A stretch of DNA of 64,000 nt from Orbicella franksi (lineage: Eukaryota). Both the position numbers and the translations under genes were made by a program. The notes under the pieces are model-generated. The model was not told where the DNA came from. It made no database searches and saw nothing but the letters and a program-made list of their open reading frames with translations. Location: positions 2,976,001 through 3,040,000 of the forward strand of contig OZ116708.1 of the NCBI GenBank assembly GCA_964199315.1. Direction: 5' to 3'. Positions 11,201 through 21,500 of this stretch are shown piece after piece; the first letter of the stretch is position 1; every line of letters begins with the position of its first letter.

Positions 11201-12813
11201 CCTCTGTACGAAACAAAGACAACTAGAGACTGTCAAGCTGAGAAGTCCAGCTACATGCGGAGAGCTGTTCCATGCCTGGGAAATATTTTTCAGTTTAAAA
11301 TGATCATCAATTAAATCGGGATGATATGCAGCTGTACTAAAAAGCGTTGACGGTGAAGTGACGTTTTCTGTTCTCTCGCAACTAATCAAAAAAGATCCTT
11401 AGGGAATTTGCATGGATTTGAAAAGCGATCGAAAACAGGCTCGTTCTTTTCTTTCAAATCCTGTAATAAATTATGTAACCAATACCGATAGTTTTACTTT
11501 TGATAAATTAATAGAGATGGTGAATTTTAAGCTCGGTAATGAAATGTGAAGGTGAATTAATCAACATGACACGAGCGTGGGACAAAGTATGCAGGACACC
11601 TGTCATACATGAACTCAGTTAAATGAACTCGCTCTCCATGAATTTTCGTAGCTCAGTGGATAGAGCGCCCGCCCGGTGTTCGGGAGGTCATGGGTTCGAT
11701 TCCTGTCGGGGACTCAGAATTTTTCTTTGTCCCACGCTCGTGTCATGTTGATTAATTCACCTTTACATTTCAGTTTTACTTTTGTTTTTAGTTGCTAGCG
11801 CTTCTTAAAGCCATTTAATTTAGACAACCATAGCCTCTGGATCGTCATTCGTCCATTGTAATGGAAGTAGCTGAGAGTTAAAAGCGAAAAGTGCACGAGA
11901 GTTTATTCTGTTCATAGCCGGCGAGCCTTAGCCAAAAGGGCGAAAACTCTCGACTATCTTGAAACAGAGTAAAATGCGATAGGAACACATGCGAATCGCC
12001 AAGAGCGCATGGCAATTCGGGCCCAAATAAACTAGAACGAAAATTTGGGTCGGCTTGTCAACTCTCCCTTGTTCTCGTTTCGGTACGGGCGTTACTGCGT
12101 GTAGCTGCAAATTTTCTCAGCGCGTTCCATTCTTGTATCATGTACCGACGAAAAAGTCAAACAAGCAGGTTATGAGAAAAAAGGATTTAATCACAAAATG
12201 TGTGAAATGTTATCAACTACAATCTGCATAATTTCTCCTAGCTGCTATGTAAGAAATGCACTGATTATAGTACGGAGAATTTGCAGTTTGATGTCTTGCT
12301 CCAGCTTAAAGGAAAACTGAATTACCTACCTTCCGTGTCTTTCACCATCTGCACCTTGGCGTCTTTCGTTCTTTCCAGTTCTTCGCTCAACTCTCCAATT
12401 TCATTTTCCTTCGCTTCCGCAATCAACTTTTGTTGATCAATTTGACTCAGCAAATCAGAATTCTTATCTTCTTCGTCCTTCAGCTTGGCTTTCGCTTTTC
12501 GCAGTTGTTCCTCGAGCAATCCTATTTTGTTGTCTTTAGCTTTGAGATCCACTTGAGTTTTTTCCTCTTGGCTCTCAAGATCGGAACATTGTCGCGTCAG
12601 TTCTTGAATTTCACGCCGGAGATTCGAGTTTGAAGCTTTTTCCTCGGCGTTCAGCTGCTTCTGTTTCTGGAGAGTAGACGACACGCTCTCCAGTTGAAGC
12701 TGCTGTTGTTGTTTGCTTTTGCGGAGATTTTCCGCATCGTTTTCCAACTCGCTAATCTTTCTCAGCGCGGTGGTAGGTAAATCCAGCTTCCATTCATCTC
12801 TAGCCCAGCTCAT
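3578..12813 (-). CDS. CENPF: CENP-F-like coiled-coil protein; complement(join(3578..5242,5622..6670,12330..12813)), 1065 aa
   Basis: N-terminus MSWARDEWKLDLPTTALRKISELE...KSKQQQQLQLESVSSTLQKQKQ resembles the recalled CENP-F N-terminus (MSWALEEWKEGLPTRALQKIQELE). Three exons join in phase (1, then 0) with GT-AG ends. The rest is E/K/L/Q-rich coiled coil. Strict orthology is not established. Confidence 0.75.
5460..5584. mobile_element. MITE terminal remnant in CENP-F-like intron 2
   Basis: TTTCCCTACCC motif twice and a terminal TAGGGAGTATCCCCCCC..CCCCGGGG run, resembling a recalled anthozoan MITE end; only one end present. Confidence 0.45.
5622..6670 (-). CDS. CENPF: CENP-F-like second coding exon (coiled coil)
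   Basis: ttttcaataactttag|TC GCC AAA...GAC AAG|gtcggt; 1049 nt inside ORF 5517..6695. Confidence 0.82.
6746..7037 (+). mobile_element. Near full-length tRNA-derived SINE, antisense in CENP-F-like intron 1
   Basis: A-box-like GGCCTCATGGTTAG, B-box-like GGATTCGAGTCC, body GTGTTCTTGGGCAAG..CACCCAGGTGTACAAATGGG and GCGATGGACTAGCATCCCATCCAGGG; partial copies at 41449 and 53814. Confidence 0.85.
7320..7698. mobile_element. PIF/Harbinger-like MITE (~380 bp)
   Basis: TIRs GCCCCGTCCGCACTAAGCCGGAGGAATTTGAAAACG ... CGTTTTTAAATTCCTCCGGTGCAGTGTGGAAGGGGCC followed by TAA; GGCC ends with TWA flank are typical of Harbinger; left TSD not intact. Confidence 0.7.
11540..11772. mobile_element. Element with 48-bp TIRs enclosing a tRNA-like Pol III head
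   Basis: TGAAATGTGAAGGTGAATTAATCAACATGACACGAGCGTGGGACAAAG / CTTTGTCCCACGCTCGTGTCATGTTGATTAATTCACCTTTACATTTCA (1 mismatch); inside GTAGCTCAGTGG (A box) and GGTTCGATTCC (B box). Confidence 0.8.
12330..12813 (-). CDS. CENPF: CENP-F-like first coding exon
   Basis: ATG at 12813; ends GAA G|gtaggt (phase 1); 484 nt; probable upstream acceptor (ttgtttttcaag) near 12859 implies a 5' non-coding exon. Confidence 0.85.
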
Positions 12814-12899
12814 GATGCAGAACTGAGTCCACTAGCTGTCAATTATCAGAGTTATATCCTTGAAAAACAAGCGAAACTTCTCTTTGACTTAATTTGTGT

Positions 12900-13500
12900 T
12901 TGTGTTTCGTTGAACTGGCGTTCTGACGTTATGAATGGCTTGCGTTTATCTCGTTTGAACTGCGCGCGCTCGCTATGTTCGCGCGTACACGCGCGCTTAT
13001 TTCCACACGGGCTTATTTACGACGCATATTTGGATGGGACAACCAAGTATGGATTTGGACCGAACTACTCTGATGATAGGGGCCTTTGCGAAGTTTTCGG
13101 TGGATCGCAGAGTAAACGCGTAGAAGTAATGGACCAATAACAAAAACAAAATCTGTTTTCGGAGTGAACAAAAAACGCGCGCTTTGTGTGCAGGGGACAG
13201 TTATGCAGTTTTCATTAAATCGCCTGGAATCATTGCGCACTTGTTGGAAATCAAAGCGTTATGTAGCTGAGAGGTCTCTCAAATCAACAGCTCATCTTTT
13301 GGTTTTCCCTGATGAGCGGGAAGTGACAAAGCGTGCAAAATATCACCGCCTTTCATCGCTCCCGGTCAGTTTTTGGTGTATACACAGGAGAGCTCAAAGC
13401 AGCCAGGAACAATGCGACGCGACCGTATTTGAAGTCTGGTGTTCTTTAGCCAGACAAACAAACGTCGCTCTCGCTTGTTATCGATAGATGTGAACGCAAG
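12900..13500 (-). promoter_or_regulatory. Probable promoter / 5' region of the CENP-F-like gene
   Basis: CpG-dense GCGCGCGC/CGCG clusters immediately upstream of the first coding exon; TTTGAA at 12954 and 13428. Confidence 0.4.
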
Positions 13501-15111
13501 AGAGCGACGACTGTTTTTTTTCTCTCGCCTCTTTTTTTTTTTCTTTTTTTCCTCACTGTATAATTATAGAAAGCAGGGCAATTGTATATGCATGGCAGTC
13601 TTGGCTTGAAGGTGGAAAAGTTAATTGATTCCTAGTTGTACTCTACAAGAGGGCCCCACTGAACTAACACCGCACATTCGCCAATATGGGATTGAAGCCA
13701 AGCAGACCTCTATTCTACGTCGGTAACTTTGAGTTTTTCATCACTTGTAGAAAAGATGAAGGCTCCGGCGTTGAGTCGAAAAACCAGTAATGATAGGTGC
13801 TATCAACACACTTGATTTTTGGCTGATCCTACAGAAAGGGGCGCACTTCAGCGTTGGGTCGCAAACTCATACTCTTTTTAGAAACATATTGTCTGTCAAC
13901 GCGCGTCACCTTTAATTTCGGTAAAATCAAAATGTGTCTTCAAAATAGATGATTCCGATCGACCGCAAGCGAAACTCTGACGGCGTCCCCTTTGGTCAAC
14001 TATAAGCTGACATTAATTTCATATTTATCATAGAACTGTTATATGTTGTTATGATCCTGCAAACACAAGTCACTGGATTTTTGACCACAATAAACATAAA
14101 AATATGTGCGTGATAGCGGTCTAACTAGTTTTGCGCACTTGAGATTTTGGCAAATACAGAAACAAATGAGACATTATACGTTTCCGTCTACATGTCGAGA
14201 CACACGTAAGAGTTCGCAATAACGTCTCGTAGTGAAAAAACACGTCTATTTAATTTTAGTATTGCAACTTTAATTTCCGATCGCGGTCACGAAAGCTAAA
14301 TAGATCGTGTTTTATTTTACTGCAAGACGACCAACGAAAATTTTTTTTCTTCGGTAATTCATTGCTTTGTGGCGTTGTTTGTATAACTGTATCATCCAGT
14401 CCAGAGCTCTTGAAGTTTTTTTTTTTTTTTTTTTTTTTTGTGACTGATGTTGTAGTTGAGGTGATATTCAGGTTAGGAGCCCAATAGATAGTAGCCAGAA
14501 GATAAATGAGGTACCCTGCCTTAATTCACTTTCAACAAGTGTCTAGAAACAAGAGTGTCTAGCTGTAAATTAATACTCGACGAAGTGTAATATATAAATT
14601 ACTTCTCCCAACTGATATCAGATCATGAAAACAGACACGCGTCGCTTTTTAGTCACGTTAGATTGAAACAACGAAACCTTTTCTTTCTTCGTGAGATACA
14701 GAAATTCATAAATCTTTGTGTAGTTTGAGAAATAGCGAGTAGACTAAATTCTAAGAGCTTAAGAAAATGACTGTTAATGATCCGTGATTCGTTGATCTAG
14801 GATCTAGGAATCAATCTATTTATATACTTTTTCTCTAAAGTGGTACTTTAGACACTCGTCAACTTTAATGCCCGCAGAGAAAACGTGGAGACAGATTTTA
14901 ATACACGTCTCTATAAATAACAGTTTCGAAACAGTTCGTTCATGCATCTTCTTCGTGCTAAAACCTCGACAGCCTTTGGTCGGGAACTCGAATGGTTTTC
15001 TTTGTGTTGTGAGGGATTTTAAAATGTCGTTGTCTATGTGAACTCTTGTCACTTATCTCACTCTCAGTTAGTGTGAAAAATCTCCGTGGCCGACAGGGGT
15101 CGATACTAAAT

Positions 15112-15356
15112 ATTATTATATGGCTTGCTCCGTGAGCGGGCAAGATGAATCAAATCCTGCGCTGTGATTGGCTACCCGAGCGGGCAAGATGAAGCTATCT
15201 TGCCCGCTCGGGACTACCCGCCGTGTCCCGCAAGAAAAATTTCTCCGAAAGCCATATGATAAATCCTTTATTGACCAAGCTTGTTCGGTCAAGATGGCTG
15301 GATATTGGCCAAGTTCTTTTTTTGCGTGTTTATGGACCGAGACGAGACGCAAAAAA

Positions 15357-15391
<35 letters not shown>

Positions 15392-15410
15392 AAGCTTGGT
15401 CAATAACCCA
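15112..15410. mobile_element. Non-autonomous element with a near-perfect 139-bp hairpin (15268-15406)
   Basis: TTATTGACCAAGCTTGTTCGGTCAAGATGGCTGGATATTGGCC ... GGCCAATATCCAGCCATCTTGACCGAACAAGCTTGGTCAATAA; GCGGGCAAGATG direct repeat and TGATTGGCT at the other end. Confidence 0.8.
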
Positions 15411-17899
15411 TTTTCTTCCAGCAAAAGCTCCAAGATATTTTACGTTTGCAATATCTATCTAGACCAAAATCAAACCACATCACCGAAGGAAACGTTTTAA
15501 AGCAGAATGGAAACCATTTGAAAACTCCCACGCACAACAACACGAAACATTGAGAAACTATTGATAAACTATTGAAATTCAGGAAAACCATTTGTAACAT
15601 AGATTGGAAACCATTTGCACAACTCCTACATTTCCAGAATCTTTTCTTTTCCAAAATGACTCAGTTAGCGTTGTTCTGCAAATATTAAAAAAGAAAATTA
15701 GAACAGCAAAGATTAAGAAATTAAATGAATCATGCACGCATGTACCAAATATGTAATGAGTCGTAGAGACTGTCATAAATGTACGCAATATAACAGTGAA
15801 TTTTCTTTGATATCAAAGTAACAAAATTTCAAGCGCGAAGGGGGAAACATTCTACAAACGACATTTCATTTCCCTTGAACCCTAACGGAAGACCCGACCC
15901 GTTAATTACGAAGGTTTAAAATCAAAGCGGACAACTTTAATATAAGGATTATTGTAAACAAATAAATAAACTTTTGTTTTCCAAACACCGATCGAACTCT
16001 GCGTAGGTGATTTAAACCTAATTTGAATCGGACTTCGCACGCGCGGAAATAAACCTGAAACTCCTTTCTACAGTTTTCAAATTATTTTGGTCATTACATC
16101 ATCATAGTTAAATTAAACTTCGCTAAGTTTTCACCTTCTTCCCTGCATTTCCGATTTTATTTTGTCACGTAGGATTTTGCCAACAAAGCGTTTCTAAAGC
16201 GGCAGGAATTTAGTCATGATATTTATAAATTTGTTCTTAATTATGGTTTGTAGCAATTGTGTTCAACATTTCCGTGAACTGACAATCTATTCAACCAGTG
16301 ATATTGGTTACAAATGTCCCTTTTATTGTGGTTATATAGATCAAATCTTTTGCGAAGATGCTAATTTTAGCTCGGTCAAGTTGGCGCACTTTCGGAAAAG
16401 GACTTTTTAACCACAAAAGCCATGTTTTGTTTCCACAAAATTGCGACTTGAAATTGAAAAATCGCCCTTCACTTCCCGACCAAAAACCCATGCATGGTAA
16501 AATATAATTTTATGCTCATGTACAAAACTGACTCACGAAAGCACTAGATGGAAACATTTTCTAAAGAGAGCATATTTGGCGTTTTGTGGACGAAGTATGG
16601 TAGTCGAGGATTTTTTTTCTAGCAAACTGCGTTAAATTTTGTGACCTAAGATTTCGCAATTGTGACTTTATACTATAGCAATTACTCCAAATACCTTTAC
16701 CATACTGATTTCAATGTCGTCTGCATTGTTATACTTCTCAAATTTCCTTTGCTGTTGAGAGATTTGACTCGAATTAAATTACTTTTTCCCCGTACAACAT
16801 GACAGAATTTGATGCACTTATTTGACGTTTTATTGTGGGATTTTACACATTCACTTTATTGTCTTGAGCTTGTGTAATAATAAATTATGACCCTTGCAAG
16901 GAAGAGAAATGCTAAATTCAACCTCTGATGACAAGGGCATTCTTTTCAGATTGTTTGTTGTAAATCGCCGGGTTGGTCTTCTTTTTACAGCTTTTCATCA
17001 AATTTATAAAAAGCCATCGATGTATACATTTTTGCGGTAATGTGTTTAAACGGTGAATACCTTTTAACGAAAATAATCGCCCCATAAAGTAGGTTTTCTA
17101 ATGCAGTTTACCTGTACTTTCAGAAGAAAGAAGGGTCTTTGAAGATCTTTGAATAACAATCTTAGAAGCTCTAAACCTTTTGAAGGCTTTCTGAAGTTTT
17201 TGCAAGTCTTTCTCGTCCACAGCTAAGTCGGAAAAATGATTTCCTTCTCAGGACATCATGCATGAATTATCTATGTGGGTGAAGTTTCGTGTTTGGCAAC
17301 CGTAGTTAATATAATGTGTTTTCCGCGGTGGCTATTTAATCGCAACTTGCACCTTTCCAACAACAGAGAGGGCGTGCCAAACCAATTGAGTGGAGTGTCT
17401 TTATCGGACTAGATCTTGTCAACGAACGAGAAGACTTCTCTAATGGCGTGAGAAATATCAGAAGTTAATATGAAAGGTAATACATTTCATGACTTCTTCT
17501 AAATGTCTCGTCTATTATCGTTGAACTGAAGAGCACAGATCTCAGAGCTGGCACGAAAACTCGCCAGCCAGCCTCCACGACACTGAATTGTTCCTCAGCT
17601 AACACTTGTAGGTTAGTGTCTCAATGTTGTTACATTGTAAAATTTGATAACCATTTGCTAGATAGGAAGTACATAGATATAAATCTTTCAAAGGGACGAA
17701 CTGTGCAAGGTGAGAAAACAATTGAAGCTGTAAAATGTGAGGGGAGGGGGGAATTAGGAATAAGTTTCGTAGTCGTACATTGACACAACACGCGATCTAT
17801 CAACCATTCTTTGAGTTTCTGAGCGACTGACTTCGAAATGCGGCGAAATTGAATGTCGAAACTCGGAATCAGTCAGCTGAACCCAAGATATAGCTTCTG

Positions 17900-18560
17900 T
17901 CCTCAGACTACAATCCTATGAAAGATAAACAAGCGTCGAAGACGTTTCACTGACTCTTGAGTGAATCAAGTAGTTTATGTTAAACTTAGTAAAATCTTCG
18001 TCACGCTTATAACATATCTTAATTTAACCGTTTCGTTTCTTTAATTTTTATGTTAACACCTTCGCATGTTTTCGCATGTTGAGACACAGCTTTATTAAAT
18101 GGGCTTTGTCTCTTTGTAGGCTTGGGAATTTTTTTGTGTCGGCAGAGGTTGTGAAAACCGCAAACATTTCTCTTGTCACTCAAACGCGAGCGATATAAAA
18201 GGTTCCCGGGGTCTGGCACTTAAAACGCAATGTCCGTTTGATCAAAGCTTTATCAAAAGCAGGACAAAAATACATAGCTATTTATTATTAGCTGGCCTTT
18301 CATGTAGTCGTTATCAGCCCGTCATCTTTTCAGGTAATTTCAGACATGTAGGTGGTAAACAAATTTGGCGGAGCCTCTCGACGGGAAAAGTTTCGCGCGA
18401 ATTTTGGGTGCACAACCTCCGTGTAGGTGGTCAACTGAATAAATTCTCTTTTTCCATTGTTAAAGTTTGTTACACGAGCCATATAATCAGTAATTTAAAA
18501 ACAGAAACCATTCGGGAAGGCTTGGAGTTAACGCCTCAAAGAATATCTTTTTGTAGAAGG
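17900..18560 (-). pseudogene. Decayed Penelope-like retroelement fragment (RT C-terminus, possible GIY-YIG tail)
   Basis: Minus strand with frameshifts reconstructs to LP(F)L(D)VEIT(R)KDDGL.TT (R codon CGA>TGA), preceded by HPKF and followed downstream by KAVSQHAKTC; matches recalled PLE motifs. Confidence 0.5.
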
Positions 18561-21500
18561 TATGGGACTTCAATTTCCAAACGACAGACCTTGTCCGCAT
18601 AATAATGACACCAACGCTACTGGTTTCTCCCAGAAACTATTGGAAATTATTATTGTAACTGGGGGATTTCAAGCGTTGAAACTAAGCGAAACCGCCGGAG
18701 GGTTACAGAAAAACAAAACAACTCGGACGAGAGGGCATCTCTTTATTTAAGGACACCGCAAGAATTCTGCGTGTTTCTACGACAAGAAATGCGCGTCACA
18801 GCGGATTAAGGAAATCTTTTCGCTTCCTTCCTCAATAAGTGTTACAAAATGCCAAGCCCGCCCTCTTGAAAAGCTAGCGTCAAAATAGCTATAAATCGTA
18901 ACAGGGTAATTTACCGTCAAATCACTCGTGAAACCATTAGCGATAAGTATACACTGTGGAAAATTTATCAACGCCGGCAAATAATTTGAATTTACATTCG
19001 CACCCTCGTTATAGGGTTCATTTCGAGTGGCTGTGTGGTGTCAAAGTTGGATTTATGAGGCGAGTGCGGTTGAATTGGAGTGTATTGATCTGTTGGAAAC
19101 CCCAGAGAGACAATCTTTAGGGGACATTTACACAAGAGGGTAAGTAAAGTTCCTTTGTTTTCAACAGTAACAGCGGCAAGGTAGAAGCAAATATTGGGTG
19201 GATAATTTATTATTAGATTGAGCTTTCAGCGGCGAGACATTAACTGGGTTGTAGCTAGGAGAGGTTTATAATGCCGAGTTTTGAACGTTCAGGATTTATT
19301 TCTTCAGAGCGGACAGCACGTGCAAGATTTCGCTGAAAGCGTGCTCTTGTGAGCGAGTAAACCCTTGAAAAGCGTCACTCTCCCTCTTTAGCCTTATATA
19401 AGCCCGTCTTGAGATGCCCCAACTACGCACTTACTTAAATAACACACCGCAATAAATTTGCCCTTATTTCGCGAGGCTCCACTCAATAAAAAGTTCACCA
19501 CTCGATCTAGATATTGTTAGTAACAGTTGAATCGAGTATCGTAGCGTAAAAATTTATTGCGACGTTTTGACCTCAGCACAATGTTCTGCCCACACGACAG
19601 GGAAATTGCGTTAACCGGGAAAGGTTTATATGTCTACTTGCGCGGGTGTACAAAGACAAGATGTTGGCTGTTTGCACGAGCAGGTTTGTAAGCGGTCAAT
19701 ATGCCCTTTAATTACCTGGAGACGGTCGACTATTTGACTCCAGACCAAGAACTATCTGCAATATCAGTAGACAACATGACCGACCTCTCTATTATCTAAC
19801 TGAAAGAGATAAGGTGACGAAACAATTAGCTTCGGGGAAGGGAACTTCGCCTCTTGCGTACGAACTACACGAAGAATTTGATTGCTTTCTGGATCGAAAT
19901 ACCATAACAGACCCCCAGGAGACTTGAACTCATAAAACTAAATGAATTATTGTCTCAAAAACTGATACATAGAGACCAGTCTGATACACATGAAATTATG
20001 GGCTTGTAACAGGGTGCGTTAATAAGTTTTATACCCTTGGCTAAGTTTTATACTCAGTACAGTACAATTCTGTCCGCATTGGTTAGCAATGCACAATAAT
20101 GGGTAATTATGTTGAGTTTATTTGCATAAACTCGCAGATTTTTATCTTAAAAACCGCTTATAGACATTGCACGCTTGGCTAGAGTTCTCTCTAAATAGCA
20201 AAAAAAAACTGGTTTCCTGTAGAGTATCGAAGTTAGAGGAAACTTGTGAATAATTTTTCTGGTTTAACCAAAAAAGAAAGCGCAAAATTAACAGAGGTCT
20301 TGTTTTCCCAGGCTGAAGAAATGTTTGAAACAAGATACAATACAACAGAGTAATTCAAACTCAAATCGAAGCACATTGTTTAAGAAAACAAGTTTCCATT
20401 GTGAAGGTGACGAGAAAAAAATGTAAATTGCTCGTAAGCGCTTTGTCTGTGTTTGTTATTAATCAGCGTGAATCGAGTAAGCATTGAAGGTTTAGAAGTA
20501 GGGCCAACTTGTAGCATAAATTACACACGAAAGTGCCCATTGTTGCAAAAAATTGGGTTCCTGTCTTAAGTTTTAACAAAAAGGAATTTGTAGTAAAATG
20601 GAGCTCACGATTTTGCTTCCTCGACTGTTTCTCTGGCAGACGAATTATTTGTCTTTTTTTACAGCTCCGCGTTTCCGGAATGAAACAACCATTTACTCTC
20701 AAATCAAAGGTCATCAAAAATGATCGATTTTATTTCCTATTTCAACAAGACAATGAGAACACGAAAAACCATGATTACTAAAATAAACCAAACCTCGAGT
20801 TAGATCCGAAGGGGAAAATGCCTGTTATATTTAAACTCCGTTCTCGATGTTCATGTTTTGAACTAAATCAACCGCATCTACATGAACCAACGTAAAACAT
20901 GGTTGATTTTTATGCGTTGTTGAGCATTAATGCGAGTACAGACGGTAACAACCAGTGATGGAATTCATTAATTATAATTCTATGATATCATGTTCTTGAC
21001 AAGAACGCGATCCTGAATTATGTCTTTTTGCCAACGTTTATAACCCAACACTGTGCAATTTTGTCCTGGTATTTCCGAACAAACGACAAAACTTGAAAGA
21101 AGCTGTATTAAAACTTTGGGAAATTTAATTAAGGCAACAAGTTTGCGGAACCATATCAACAACTTTGTCAATTAAAAAAAATTTCGTGTTTTTAAGGATC
21201 TTATTTAACCGGTTTTATTTTTTCACGAAACTTCTAGCAGATCTTATTACGATTACTACCCGGTATGACGGTAGCAGGGCATTTAAGTTTCCGTCTAAGC
21301 AAATATTTTAACGCACGGGAATTTCTTGTCGACTTTTCGTCTTCTGGAGCACTCGACGAAAACATTGTCAAAAGCCGGATTAAGCATCACGTCATATTAT
21401 GTCCCGTGTCGTTTGCTCGCATAAACTAGAATTGCAATTTGATCTTTTCGGATGAAACACTGGATCACAAAAAAATAGCTAAATTTTACTACCTGATGAT

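Noticed and set aside
11646-11716. Functional tRNA gene
   Set aside because: A and B boxes are present but I could not form a clean acceptor stem or anticodon arm, and it sits inside 48-bp TIRs; treated as part of a repeat.
11925-11945. Minus-strand CCTTTTGGCTAAG resembling the U2 snRNA 5' end
   Set aside because: Only ~13 nt match; no branch-point-pairing sequence or Sm site follows.
13745-13785. Possible hammerhead ribozyme (GATGA...stem...GAAA)
   Set aside because: The required CUGA core is missing (AAGATGA) and I could not identify stems I and III.
15116-15500. ORFs 15116..15433, 15168..15500, 15223..15462
   Set aside because: They arise from the palindromic repeat and read similarly on both strands.
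19130-19150. Isolated strong splice donor AGAGG|GTAAGT suggesting a hidden gene
   Set aside because: No open frame or partner exons found; such hexamers occur often by chance in 25 kb.
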